From NCBI GenBank assembly GCA_036676395.1, contig JAKFCY010000002.1:2336001-2400000 (forward strand): a DNA stretch of 64,000 nucleotides, in the 5' to 3' direction. Shown here piece after piece: positions 9,801-20,199 of this stretch (position 1 is its first letter; each line of letters starts with the position of its first letter). A program made the translations under genes and the position numbers. The notes under the pieces were generated by a model. The model did not search any database, was not told the DNA's origin, and saw nothing but the letters and a program-made list of their open reading frames with translations. This DNA is from Bdellovibrio sp. (GTDB lineage: Bacteria; Bdellovibrionota; Bdellovibrionia; Bdellovibrionales; Bdellovibrionaceae).

Positions 9801-10465
9801 TGTTGTATTTAGTCGCAACCCCTATAGGTGATGTTTCTGAAATTACTTTACGCGCCATAGAGATTTTAAAATCTGCTGATATCATTTTATGTGAATCGAC
9901 AAAAGAAACTTCGAAATTATTAAAACAATTGGATATCAAAGCCAAAAGATACGAACTGTTAAATGAACATTCGACGATGGAAGATCTGAAAATGTTAACT
10001 GAACTGTGCAAAACCCAAACAGTGGCCTTAGTTTCAGACTGCGGCACACCGGGATTTTGCGATCCGGGAAATGATCTGATCGGTTTTTGCCGCAGAGCTA
10101 GCGTTAAAGTAAAATCTGTTCTGGGACCATCGTCTTTGATGGGATTATTATCTTTAACTTCACGTCGCATGAATGAGTTCGTGTTTCGCGGGTTTTTACC
10201 GGCTGAATCTGAATCACGTGATAAAGAATGGCAGAAATTAAAAAACGAAAAAAGAGCTATCGTTATTATGGATACACCTTATCGTTTGAAAAAAACAGTT
10301 GATGAATTAAACCGTCACTTTGTTGGCCGCCAAGCATTACTTGCTTTAAATTTGTCACAAGATAATGAATTAGTCTTAGAAGGCACACCTAATCACATCA
10401 TTCAGAATTTAGACCGTGATAAGGCTGAATTTATGTTGCTGATTTACCCTAACGAGAAAGTTTGA
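9800..10465 (+). CDS. rsmI: 16S rRNA (cytidine1402-2'-O)-methyltransferase
   Basis: LYLVATPIGD, VALVSDCGTPGFCDPG and FRGFLP motifs; coupled to the upstream gene through TAATG. Confidence 0.9.
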   Translation: MLYLVATPIGDVSEITLRAIEILKSADIILCESTKETSKLLKQLDIKAKRYELLNEHSTMEDLKMLTELCKTQTVALVSDCGTPGFCDPGNDLIGFCRRASVKVKSVLGPSSLMGLLSLTSRRMNEFVFRGFLPAESESRDKEWQKLKNEKRAIVIMDTPYRLKKTVDELNRHFVGRQALLALNLSQDNELVLEGTPNHIIQNLDRDKAEFMLLIYPNEKV

Positions 10466-10466
10466 G

Positions 10467-12908
10467 TTGCAACGTCTACCTATAGATCCGCATTTGGATG
10501 GCATTGTTAATAAAATTACCGGCGAAAAAGCGGTGATTTTAATGGCCAGTCCGGGATCGGGTAAAACTACTCGCGTGCCGGCGCATTTATTAAAAGCAAT
10601 CAAAGGCCAGACTTCACAAAAAATTATCGTTATTGTGCCAAAGCGAGTTTCAGCACTATCGGCCGCTGATCGTATAGCTTCAGAGAATAACTGGGTATTA
10701 GGTGAAGACGTCGGTTACCAAGTGCGCTTTGAAAATAAAGTCTCAAATAAAACCCAATTAATTTTTATGACTGAGGGTTTATTTTTAAAACGCATTCAAA
10801 CCCCTGGTTTTTGGGATGAGATTCACACGTTAATTATTGATGAGTTTCATGAACGCTCAAGCTCAATCGACATGATTTTAGGTTTAGGCTTCGAACAAAA
10901 AGTTTTAGGCCGCAAATTACAATTATTAGTGATGTCTGCAACCTTAAATGTGCAGCAGCTGCAAAACTTTTTAGGCGATAGCGAAACAATCACTGTTGAG
11001 GCTCCGCCGTATAAGCTTGAAATAATTTATTCTGATAAAAATCAAAAACTCATTTGTGATGATATGTTTTTCAATCATTTAAAAGACACATTATTAAAAG
11101 CCTGGAAAACAGCGCATAAAGATATTTTGGTGTTCTTACCCGGGCAGCGTGAAATTAATCGCTTTAGAAACATGATTCAGCCGTTATTCACGCAAAATCG
11201 CATCGACATCTTACATGGCTCATTAAGCTTGAGCGAACAAAAACAAATTGTTCGCAATGACACAGGCCTCGGCCGACGAATAATTTTAAGTACCAACGTG
11301 GCAGAATCTTCGATCACCGTTTCTGGTTTAGATTGCGTGATTGATTCTGGCTTAGAGAAAAAATCATACCTTGAAAACAAAGTAGGATTTTCAGGCTTAG
11401 ACTTACAGCGCATCTCACTCTTCTCAGCTAAACAGCGTGCAGGCCGCGCTGCCCGTGAACAACAAGGTTATTGTTTTAAGCTTTGGCATGGCACAGATGA
11501 AATGTCGATGAAAGAGCAAATTGAACCCGAGATTTTAAAAACCTCATTGTTAGAAGAATCATTAGTTTTACACCAACAAGAGGTTTTAGATTTAGAATCT
11601 TTTTCGTGGTTAACAAAACCTTCGTCGTTTGCCATCAAACAAGCCCGTCAGAAATTATTAAAATGGAATTTAATCACTGAGGCGTCAGCATTAACTCCCC
11701 TAGCTGGTTTAGTTTCTAAATGGCCGCTGTCGGTTGAAAATTCAATTCTACATTATGAATTGAGCCAACATGGTTTTTCAATGGAGTCGGCAGAGCTTAT
11801 TGCCGTATTAGAATCTGGCAGTGTTGAATCTGTTTTAGAGAAAAATAAGAATTTTAATGGTTCTGATGTGGCTAAGATTATTGATAGCGGGGCTTTAGAT
11901 TTTTCAAGTGAACGCATTTACCAACAGATTTTATCAAGCTGTAAGGTTTCTGGTAAAAAAGCTGGCTCTGACTCATTTGAAAAGACGCTCATTCAGATTT
12001 ATGCGGCGTTTTTTCCAGAAAAAGTGGCCTTTGTTAAAAATAAAACTAATGCCGTATCTATGTTTGGTCGCGGTTTACAGGTGAATGCAGGTTCGCAGGC
12101 GGCTCAATCTGATTTTTTTATTGCTCTTGCTGGCCGCGAAAATCACACGCAGTTTACCCAAGTCGTCTGCGCTTTAGGTTTTGATAAAAAACTGGCGCAA
12201 GAAATTTTTGCACCGCTGGCCAAAAAGCAAAGCGAAGTTCATTATGATTTCGAAAAAAATGAGTTTTTTAAAACTGAACAGCTTAAATTTGAAACTTTTG
12301 TTTTAAATGATTATGGTAAATCCCGTTTGAGTAAAGATGAATTGCAAAAAAACTGGCAAGTGTTTTTTAAAAAAACTCCCGCAGACTTTTTAAAGATTCA
12401 TCCCAATTATGAAAAAATTAAAGATCGTTTAAATTTCTTATGTAAAAAAGACACCACGTTGTCTGAGACTAGCAAACAGCAGATTGAAAATTTTGAAGAT
12501 TTAATAACGGATTATATTTTGCAAGGCTATGACAGCTTTGAAGACTATAAAAACTGCGATCTTTTCTATTTAAGTTATCAGGTCTTAAATGATGATTTAA
12601 GCGATCTATTACAAAATCTGCCTGATGGTGTGAAATCCAACCGCGGGCGCAGTCATGATGTGAATTACACAGATGATAAAGCGCCGATGATTTCACTTAA
12701 GATTCAAGATGCTTTTGGCTGGAAAGATACTCCCAAAATTTGCCATGGCAAATTTACGCTGACTTTAGAATTATTGGCACCAAACATGCGACCTGCTCAG
12801 ATTACCAGTCAATTGGGGCTTTTCTGGAAAAGCAGCTATGCTGATGTTCGTAAAGATTTACGTGCCAGATACCCTAAACATGACTGGCCCGAAGACCCCT
12901 CGATATAA
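10467..12908 (+). CDS. hrpB: ATP-dependent RNA helicase HrpB
   Basis: ASPGSGKTT, DEFHER, MSAT, STNVAESSIT, QRAGRAAR, and the HrpB C-terminus LRARYPKHDWPEDP; TTG start. Confidence 0.92.
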   Translation: MQRLPIDPHLDGIVNKITGEKAVILMASPGSGKTTRVPAHLLKAIKGQTSQKIIVIVPKRVSALSAADRIASENNWVLGEDVGYQVRFENKVSNKTQLIFMTEGLFLKRIQTPGFWDEIHTLIIDEFHERSSSIDMILGLGFEQKVLGRKLQLLVMSATLNVQQLQNFLGDSETITVEAPPYKLEIIYSDKNQKLICDDMFFNHLKDTLLKAWKTAHKDILVFLPGQREINRFRNMIQPLFTQNRIDILHGSLSLSEQKQIVRNDTGLGRRIILSTNVAESSITVSGLDCVIDSGLEKKSYLENKVGFSGLDLQRISLFSAKQRAGRAAREQQGYCFKLWHGTDEMSMKEQIEPEILKTSLLEESLVLHQQEVLDLESFSWLTKPSSFAIKQARQKLLKWNLITEASALTPLAGLVSKWPLSVENSILHYELSQHGFSMESAELIAVLESGSVESVLEKNKNFNGSDVAKIIDSGALDFSSERIYQQILSSCKVSGKKAGSDSFEKTLIQIYAAFFPEKVAFVKNKTNAVSMFGRGLQVNAGSQAAQSDFFIALAGRENHTQFTQVVCALGFDKKLAQEIFAPLAKKQSEVHYDFEKNEFFKTEQLKFETFVLNDYGKSRLSKDELQKNWQVFFKKTPADFLKIHPNYEKIKDRLNFLCKKDTTLSETSKQQIENFEDLITDYILQGYDSFEDYKNCDLFYLSYQVLNDDLSDLLQNLPDGVKSNRGRSHDVNYTDDKAPMISLKIQDAFGWKDTPKICHGKFTLTLELLAPNMRPAQITSQLGLFWKSSYADVRKDLRARYPKHDWPEDPSI

Positions 12909-12916
12909 GGTGAATT

Positions 12917-13372
12917 ATGAAGACACTTAAAGAAAAACATCCTTTATTATATAAAATCAGCGTGCTTATGGATAATAAGTACGAATTTTTCGGCATCAGT
13001 TTTGGCTTAGATTTTATTTTAGGTCTATTGCCATTTTGGGGTAATTTAACCACGACATTTATTTCATTATTTACTGTGGTCTATTCGGCATTTCATGGCG
13101 TGTCGGCGATTGTTTTATTTCGTATGCTGCTAAACATCAGCGTCGATATGTTAATTACGGCTATTCCGGTCTTTGGCAATTTGGCTGATGTTTTTTGGAA
13201 AGCCAATGCTAAAAATTATAAAATTTTAAATAGCTATCTTGAAAATCCTAAAAGCACTATAAAACGTTCGATCGCTGCAAACCTTGCGATTTTAGGTACA
13301 TATTTGGCTTTTATCGTCGCATGTTTTTATGGCTTGTACCGCTTAACGGTTTATCTGATTTCGTTATTTTAA
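12917..13372 (+). CDS. DUF4112-family membrane protein
   Basis: MDNK...[14 protein letters not shown]...RMLLN...[15 protein letters not shown] pattern. Confidence 0.8.
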   Translation: MKTLKEKHPLLYKISVLMDNKYEFFGISFGLDFILGLLPFWGNLTTTFISLFTVVYSAFHGVSAIVLFRMLLNISVDMLITAIPVFGNLADVFWKANAKNYKILNSYLENPKSTIKRSIAANLAILGTYLAFIVACFYGLYRLTVYLISLF

Positions 13373-13873
13373 AACAACCGATTGCGGAGCCACGATCACA
13401 GAATTTTGCGGCACATCTTTGATGACCACGGCATTAGCACCGATCTTGGTGTTATCGCCAATCAGAATCGGACCTAAAATCTTGGCACCCGTTCCGATAA
13501 GAACGTTATTTCCCACAGTTGGATGACGCTTAACTGGTTCGAATTTCATTCCACCCAGTGTGACGCCGTGAAAAATCACGCAGTCATCGCCAACTTCTGC
13601 CGTTTCACCGATCACACAACCTACGCCGTGATCGATCACTAAACGTCTTCCCAGTTTAGCGCCGGGATGAATTTCAATTCCAGTTAAGGTGCGCGAGATA
13701 TCTGCCACAAGGCGTGCGATAAAAAATAAGCGGCATTGGTAAAGAGCGTGCGCAATTCGGTGAAAAAAGATCGCGCGCGGGCCTGGATATAATAAAAAAA
13801 TCTCTAACATCGATTTAGCAGCAGGATCGTAATTCTTATAAGCGCGTAGAAAAGTGATCACTTTGAATTCCAT
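13364..13873 (-). CDS. cysE: Serine O-acetyltransferase (short CysE/EpsC type)
   Basis: [23 protein letters not shown] and KRHPTVG hexapeptide-repeat motifs. Confidence 0.88.
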   Translation of the reverse strand: MEFKVITFLRAYKNYDPAAKSMLEIFLLYPGPRAIFFHRIAHALYQCRLFFIARLVADISRTLTGIEIHPGAKLGRRLVIDHGVGCVIGETAEVGDDCVIFHGVTLGGMKFEPVKRHPTVGNNVLIGTGAKILGPILIGDNTKIGANAVVIKDVPQNSVIVAPQSVVLK

Positions 13874-14838
13874 TTCGTTTTTAAATCATCCAAGAAAAAA
13901 TAGCGCTCAAAGTTTTCGTTGTAGCGTGACCAGGATTCACCACTTTGACGTTCTTGGTTGATAAATGACATCATCGTGTCCATTTTAGAGTCCATGTCGT
14001 CAATCATGGCAACAACAAGAGCTTCAGGAAACATCGGCACTTTCGGCGAACCGTATTCAAGTTTACCGTGATGAGCTAAGATAATATGTTTTAATACTGT
14101 ACGCAGATCTTCTGGAAAGCCTAGAATTCTTTGCGATTTTTTTTCAACTAATTCACAGGCTAGTAACATATGCCCAAGCATCTGCCCTTGATTGGTGTAA
14201 TAGATTTGTTGCTGCTCGGTTTGATCGAGCTCCCAGATTTTTCCTAAATCGTGAAAGATAGCCCCGAAAATTAAAAGATCTTTATTTAAATAATTATAAT
14301 GTGAAGCCATAAACTGCATGACTTTACAAATCGAGACAATATGTTCGATCAACCCGCCCCGATGAGCATGATGAATTGTTTTAGCCGCAGGTGCTTTTAA
14401 TAAACGCGGTTTAATTTCTTCATCCTGTAAGCAATCAAGCATCAACTGCTTCAGCGGCTGGATTTCGATTTCTTGCACCATCTGATAAAGTTCAGAATAC
14501 AAAGCATGCGTATCCAGCTGGCGTTCTTTGATTTTGTAATCATCTTTATTAATTGTCGCATCTTCGACTTTTTCTAAACGATGAATAATCAGCTGTTTGC
14601 GCTGATTATAAATCTGAATAACACCTTTGATTTTGATTAAATCACCGATTTCAAATCTTGTGCTGACTTCTTCGATGTTATCCCAGATACGGCCATCAAG
14701 CTGGCCCGATTGATCACCAATTAAAACTGTTAAAAAAGTTTTTCCGGTTTTACCGACACCTAAGATTTTATCTTTAACTAAAAAAATACGGTCTTGAACC
14801 GGGTCTTTATCATTTAAATTTTTAATCGGTGTCATCAT
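13858..14838 (-). CDS. yhaM: 3'-5' exoribonuclease YhaM family (OB fold plus HD domain)
   Basis: N-terminal OB fold; [23 protein letters not shown] and [15 protein letters not shown] motifs. Confidence 0.88.
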   Translation of the reverse strand: MMTPIKNLNDKDPVQDRIFLVKDKILGVGKTGKTFLTVLIGDQSGQLDGRIWDNIEEVSTRFEIGDLIKIKGVIQIYNQRKQLIIHRLEKVEDATINKDDYKIKERQLDTHALYSELYQMVQEIEIQPLKQLMLDCLQDEEIKPRLLKAPAAKTIHHAHRGGLIEHIVSICKVMQFMASHYNYLNKDLLIFGAIFHDLGKIWELDQTEQQQIYYTNQGQMLGHMLLACELVEKKSQRILGFPEDLRTVLKHIILAHHGKLEYGSPKVPMFPEALVVAMIDDMDSKMDTMMSFINQERQSGESWSRYNENFERYFFLDDLKTKWNSK

Positions 14839-14840
14839 AA

Positions 14841-15488
14841 TTACTTCTCAATCGTAAAGATCGTTGAACACATCTTATCGCTGTAACGCGAATCGAATAG
14901 ATTTAAATGCGTCAGATAATATTGAATTCCCTTTTTAAACACAAATATATACTGTCCCGAGAGCACATGCGCATAAGTGTGATTAATTGAATTCAACTTT
15001 AAAAAGGTTTTATCCTGAAGTTTACTGAATTTAGGCTTTAAATCCGCCCATTGACCGCAGCCTAAGCCATATTCTTCATCATGGATTTTCACTTTGGGCG
15101 AATCGCTGATGTAAAATAAGAAAGCTAATTCTGGTTTAGTTTCAAACTGCTTCGGCGGAAAATGTAAATAAAAACTACCTTCACCGGTGACATAGTCTTT
15201 TAAATCAATAGCACCACCACCATTAGGTAATTTGAATAATAATCTTGAATAACTTAACACTGATTTCTGATCGGTATGCACTTCTACTTCTAAATCAGTA
15301 AAAATGTATTCAGGTTCTATGGTGATACCTTCACCCAAATTCTTTTTAATTGCGGTAAAGATCGCTTCAGGCACTTTGAAGTCGTTGGCCAGTGAATTAT
15401 TCGTAATAATTTGAGGCTTTGATTCTATGGCCTTCTCACAAGCTGATAACACAACAATCAAACCAGCAAGAGCGATTAAAATTTTCAC
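14841..15488 (-). CDS. Hypothetical lipoprotein
   Basis: Lipobox VLSAC; overlaps the upstream gene by 4 nt. Confidence 0.7.
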   Translation of the reverse strand: MKILIALAGLIVVLSACEKAIESKPQIITNNSLANDFKVPEAIFTAIKKNLGEGITIEPEYIFTDLEVEVHTDQKSVLSYSRLLFKLPNGGGAIDLKDYVTGEGSFYLHFPPKQFETKPELAFLFYISDSPKVKIHDEEYGLGCGQWADLKPKFSKLQDKTFLKLNSINHTYAHVLSGQYIFVFKKGIQYYLTHLNLFDSRYSDKMCSTIFTIEK

Positions 15489-17272
15489 TCGCCAGATCCC
15501 TTAATCTCTAAGAATGGAATAAAGTCTTCTCCGGCACCAGAGTTAGCCTGAACAAAAGATACTTTTTTAGCGGGTTCCTGAATAACCAATAGCTGCGACC
15601 ACAAACCTAAAACATTATTTTCAGTTCGCAAATAGTTAACATGTTTTGTGACACCGTCATCAATTAGGGTTGCAGATGAATCTTTTGATCTTTGTTTAGC
15701 TAATAATAAAACGTAATGGCTGGCTGTATTTAACTTAGAAATATCCAGGGTTTTTTCCTGAGCAATAACTGCTGAATAATCTTTCAAAGCAAAATCCAGT
15801 TGCAGGCGTAAATTTGCACGCTCTGCCGGGTCTTCAATCAGCGTGTTATAATTTGCATACAGTGTTTGCGCTGCAGAAATTTCGCCGAGCTCTAGTTTAA
15901 TGTGAGTTTCAATCACCATTTTCGGTGTCGCCGCTAAAAATGGTTTTAATTTTTCAAAAGTCGGCCGCAAGGTAAACATTGAATAAATTCCGCTAAATAC
16001 AGACAACGGAATTTGAAACTTTTGGCGAAAGTTCAATGGCATCGCGGTAAAACTTTTGTAATCGCTATTAAATCTTTCTTCGCGGTTCGTGCGTTTATCT
16101 AAAAGCATGTTAATCAGTAAAAGTTCTTTTTTGAAATCGATGTGCGTGTCTGTGTACATCGTGATCTCATGATTAAGTAAACTTTCTACTTCAGAATTTG
16201 ATGTTGGTTTTGATAATTCACTGACAGCCCAACCGAATAACCAGCGGCCTTTTTTTGCTGTTTGAAACAGTTCAGAAAACGTTTTTGTCGCATTATCAAA
16301 TTTACCTTCATAAAAACTTAAAATGGCATCGTTTTCTTTGATCAATTCACTGCTTGGATCAAGATCTTTGGCGCGAATTAAAGATTCACGGGCTTTTTTA
16401 AGGTCTTGATCCTGAAGAGACTGAATAAATTGAACGATATCCAACAAGGCTTTACGTTGATCGTTAACACCTGGGTTTGATTTTAAGTTATTAATGGTCT
16501 GTGAACCATTAATATAACCAACTGAATCTAATTTTGGAATCATCGGAATGATCTCGGGAAGAATTTGGCGCTGTAATTCAGGGCTCATGTTGCCAAAAAT
16601 CTCGACTACTTTAGATTCTAAGCCATACAAACTGTATTTACGAATCGAAGTGATAGATTGCTGCTCTTGTTTTTTCTTTTCTTTGTTTTGATAAAACTGT
16701 GAACCACCGGCGATAACAATAACCCCTAATAAAATAGAGATTAAAATCATTAAAGTTAATTTAGAACGTTCGCGAATTTGTGAATGCACCACTGGATCTG
16801 CCGACGAAACATATTGTGGCGGAGCTTTAACTTTATTTTTCTCTGGCACAAGTTGCGGCTTAACCGGAGCCACGGCTGTTGCTGTTGCCGGTGCTTGAGT
16901 TGTTTCTTCTTCTGTAAATTCAGCATCTTCAACAGTGACATTGGTAAAAGTGGGCATTTCAAACTTGGTGTTTTCAGCCAAAAGTTCTTGCGTAACAGTG
17001 CCTGTTTTAGTTAGCCCCTGAGTCGTGCGTGTTTGATAAGTTTTAGTGTGGTCATCTACTCTGGCTAATTCTTCACGAATTTCATCAACAATAGCTTTTA
17101 AAGCTTCAGCTTCACGAATATACATCCAACGTGTATCCATATCGCGAACTTCATCAATTAATGAAATCTGCTTCTTCTTAAGTAAATCTTCGATTTGATC
17201 ATAAGAATAGGGCCCGAGAACTTTATTTTCAGATTTGATCATCCATTTTCGGTCGGCGGCGGCAGTTTGCAT
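15485..17272 (-). CDS. GYF_2-domain bitopic membrane protein with periplasmic TPR-like repeats
   Basis: N-terminal KWMIKSENKVLGPYS...W GYF_2; single TM (LTLMILISILLGVIVIAGG); helical TPR-like C-terminal part. Confidence 0.65.
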   Translation of the reverse strand: MQTAAADRKWMIKSENKVLGPYSYDQIEDLLKKKQISLIDEVRDMDTRWMYIREAEALKAIVDEIREELARVDDHTKTYQTRTTQGLTKTGTVTQELLAENTKFEMPTFTNVTVEDAEFTEEETTQAPATATAVAPVKPQLVPEKNKVKAPPQYVSSADPVVHSQIRERSKLTLMILISILLGVIVIAGGSQFYQNKEKKKQEQQSITSIRKYSLYGLESKVVEIFGNMSPELQRQILPEIIPMIPKLDSVGYINGSQTINNLKSNPGVNDQRKALLDIVQFIQSLQDQDLKKARESLIRAKDLDPSSELIKENDAILSFYEGKFDNATKTFSELFQTAKKGRWLFGWAVSELSKPTSNSEVESLLNHEITMYTDTHIDFKKELLLINMLLDKRTNREERFNSDYKSFTAMPLNFRQKFQIPLSVFSGIYSMFTLRPTFEKLKPFLAATPKMVIETHIKLELGEISAAQTLYANYNTLIEDPAERANLRLQLDFALKDYSAVIAQEKTLDISKLNTASHYVLLLAKQRSKDSSATLIDDGVTKHVNYLRTENNVLGLWSQLLVIQEPAKKVSFVQANSGAGEDFIPFLEIKGSGE

Positions 17273-17282
17273 GGCGGCTCTC

Positions 17283-18665
17283 CTAGAATGGGGATTTCGT
17301 TAAAAGTAGTTTAAGATCATCATTAGTTAAGAATAAACCGGCACCAGCATAGAATGACTGTGCATCAGTGTTATTTAACATGTCGTTGTAGCCACCTAAG
17401 ACATATAAACCGTAGCGAAACTTATAAGAAACCGTTGTGCGTAAGTTTGCATTTTCAAAATCAAAGGCTTCAAAAGAAAATTTAAGACGGTGCATTCTAA
17501 ATGGCGAATAGTCTAAACCGACACCCGCTGCATTTTCGATTAACCCGCCTTTAATTGTAAAATCAAAAACATTTTTAGCAAAAAGAGCCGTAAATTTTGT
17601 TTCATTTTTGTAAGTCACAGTTTCGTCAGTGCTGTTTGGAGCGCCACCGTTAGTTGTCGTTACAGTATTTTTCTTATCTACAACGCCTGCCGGATCATCA
17701 ACTAAAGCTAAATAGTAGTAACGATCTAGGCCTGGTTGAATTTGAATACCAATCGAAGATTTTGCTTCTTCGATGTTATCTAAGTAATACCCATTAAAAT
17801 CAAAAGCCGTCGAAGTTTTATTGGCCGTATCAACCAGGCCACTTAAACCTTCGATCGCCGATGACACATCTTCTGCTGTTTTTTCATCAGAGATTAGTTT
17901 TCCGATAGTGCCTTCGCCGTTATTTACTTTGTCAGTGATTTCTTCGATATTTTTTAATGACTTATCAATGCGAGCCATCGAGTTCTTCCAGGTTTTCTTA
18001 AAACCTGTTTCACTTTCATCATTAATTAAATCATCCATTGTCGAAGTGATATTATGCACTTGATCAACGATTTCACCAATCTGCTCTTTGTTTTCAGCAG
18101 TCATATGCGAAATATCGCCGGTTAATTTTTCGATATTCATTACGATGCGGCCCAAGATATGTTTATTTGTACCTTCAGCAGTCGTCGCTTCATTTAAATT
18201 TTTAGCGACATCTTTTAGGCTAGTGGTGATTTCAGAAACTTGCGACATCACATCATCAAGTGAACCGCCAGTTTTAACATTGGCAATCTGACCGCCATCT
18301 TCTAAGCCTGGATCAGTTGAATTTCCCGGAGTAATTTCGATATATTTATCACCCAAGATTCCGTTGGCGCGCATTTCAACTATTGCTGAGCGGGTTAATG
18401 GCACATCAGATTTTACTGAAACATCAATACGCGCTTTACCTTCATGCAAAGAAATATCTTTGATGGCGCCGACAGGGATGCCGGCAGAACGAATCGCCGA
18501 GCCCTTTGTAAGGCCGTTAGCGTTATCTAAATAAAACCAGGCCTTTTTTGATCGACCTAGAAACGAAGGATCATCGCTGACTTGCATCGACATAAGCGCG
18601 ATCAAAGCCCCGATGGATACGACAAGCGCGCCTACTTTAAATTCTGCAGTGCTGAAAAAACTCAT
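17283..18665 (-). CDS. mlaD: MlaD/MCE-family protein with long helical stalk and C-terminal beta-rich domain
   Basis: EFKVG N-terminal TM; MCE motifs NGLTKGS..AGIPVG and GILGDKYIEITPG; heptad-rich helical region; GEGTIGKLI; aromatic beta-strand C-terminus. Confidence 0.9.
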   Translation of the reverse strand: MSFFSTAEFKVGALVVSIGALIALMSMQVSDDPSFLGRSKKAWFYLDNANGLTKGSAIRSAGIPVGAIKDISLHEGKARIDVSVKSDVPLTRSAIVEMRANGILGDKYIEITPGNSTDPGLEDGGQIANVKTGGSLDDVMSQVSEITTSLKDVAKNLNEATTAEGTNKHILGRIVMNIEKLTGDISHMTAENKEQIGEIVDQVHNITSTMDDLINDESETGFKKTWKNSMARIDKSLKNIEEITDKVNNGEGTIGKLISDEKTAEDVSSAIEGLSGLVDTANKTSTAFDFNGYYLDNIEEAKSSIGIQIQPGLDRYYYLALVDDPAGVVDKKNTVTTTNGGAPNSTDETVTYKNETKFTALFAKNVFDFTIKGGLIENAAGVGLDYSPFRMHRLKFSFEAFDFENANLRTTVSYKFRYGLYVLGGYNDMLNNTDAQSFYAGAGLFLTNDDLKLLLTKSPF

Positions 18666-19420
18666 TGATGCTTCATCCCTTTTGTCACAAATCGCTTAAC
18701 TAACTCAATATCCGAATTAAAGAAATCCTGAGCAGTTCCAGCTAGTAACACTTTACCAGCATCGAGCATCACAATAAAGTCTGCGATTCTAAAAGCTGCA
18801 CTTAAATCGTGCGACACCATGACCGAGGTCGTGTCTTTATCTAATTTATGAGTCTGAAGAATCAGATCATCGACCATTTCGGTCAAAATTGGATCCAATC
18901 CCGTGGTCGGTTCATCATAAACAATGATCCCCGGATCTAAGGCTAGGGCGCGGGCTAAGCCTGTTCTTTTTTGCATACCGCCTGAAATTTCACTCGGTAA
19001 TTTATTGTAGTGCATAGGATCCAACCCAACCATCTTTAGTTTTGTCTGCGCAATTTGAATAACCTGATTTTTTTGCAATTGCCGGCGATGTTCTTCAAGG
19101 GGAAAACACACATTTTCTAAAACTGTCATATCATCAAACAACGCCGCACTTTGAAAAAGCACCCCAAAATTACAACGAAACTTTGTCAGCTCGTTTTCAT
19201 CCATTGATGAGAGATCTGTTCCTAAAACTTTCACAGAACCTGAAGTCGGCTTAAATAAACCTAAGATATGTTTTAACATGACTGATTTTCCCGTACCCGA
19301 AAAACCAATAATTGCCGTTAAACTGCCTTTGGGAATTTTAAGATCCAGGCCTTTAAGAACGAATTCTTTGCCATCGAAACTTTTTTTAAGATCTTTGATT
19401 TCAATTGCGTATTCGTTCAT
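18662..19420 (-). CDS. mlaF: MlaF-family ABC ATPase
   Basis: GFSGTGKS, FQSAALFD, ISGGMQKR, YDEPTTGLDP. Confidence 0.9.
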   Translation of the reverse strand: MNEYAIEIKDLKKSFDGKEFVLKGLDLKIPKGSLTAIIGFSGTGKSVMLKHILGLFKPTSGSVKVLGTDLSSMDENELTKFRCNFGVLFQSAALFDDMTVLENVCFPLEEHRRQLQKNQVIQIAQTKLKMVGLDPMHYNKLPSEISGGMQKRTGLARALALDPGIIVYDEPTTGLDPILTEMVDDLILQTHKLDKDTTSVMVSHDLSAAFRIADFIVMLDAGKVLLAGTAQDFFNSDIELVKRFVTKGMKHQ

Positions 19421-20199
19421 TTTTGAATTCCCATAAAAATATAAACCACGCGAATAATATTCATTAAGAAATAATCAATAATAATAATGCCAACCATGCT
19501 CATCACCACGCCGTTGTTAGTAGCTTCGCCGACACCCTTAGCGCCGCCCTTAGTGTTATAGCCCTGATAAGTACAAATTACGGCGAATAATAAACCAAAG
19601 ATCGCTGACTTTATAAGACCTTCGTTAATATGGTGAAAATCAACAGTTTGACGAATTTTTTCAAAAAAGATGGCGCTATCAAGGCCTACGATTTTGGTAC
19701 ATAAAAACCATGAACCCAGCATCGCCATAAAATCAAATAATCCCGTTAATAGCGGCATACATAAAAATGCAGCTATAATACGTGGAGCAATTAAATATTG
19801 CTTGGTGTTTACACCCATCACATCAAGGGCATCCATTTGTTCATTTACACGCATGGTACCCAAACGTGCAGCCATGGCACCACCTGCACGGGCCGCAACT
19901 ATTAAGCCCGTTAACACCGGGCCTAATTCACGCGTAATCCCCAAGGCTACCGTTGGGCCTACAAGATTTACCGCATTCACTAATTTAAAACCTAAATAAA
20001 TTTGAAACGACAAGGCCAGGCCGGTAAATATACTGGTTAAAGTAATGATTCCCACCGATTGATTACCGATGAACTCCATGTGCTTAATCACTTCGCCGTA
20101 ACGATATGGCTTTGTGAACAGTAATCTAAGACTGGTGATCGCAAATAACGAAACTTCGCCAACATCATTAATTTTCTTTTTAAATTTTTCTAAAATCAC
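19417..20199 (-). CDS. mlaE: MlaE-family ABC permease
   Basis: RELGPVLTGL, LGTMRVNEQMDAL, GGAKGVGEAT. Confidence 0.92.
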   Translation of the reverse strand: MILEKFKKKINDVGEVSLFAITSLRLLFTKPYRYGEVIKHMEFIGNQSVGIITLTSIFTGLALSFQIYLGFKLVNAVNLVGPTVALGITRELGPVLTGLIVAARAGGAMAARLGTMRVNEQMDALDVMGVNTKQYLIAPRIIAAFLCMPLLTGLFDFMAMLGSWFLCTKIVGLDSAIFFEKIRQTVDFHHINEGLIKSAIFGLLFAVICTYQGYNTKGGAKGVGEATNNGVVMSMVGIIIIDYFLMNIIRVVYIFMGIQK

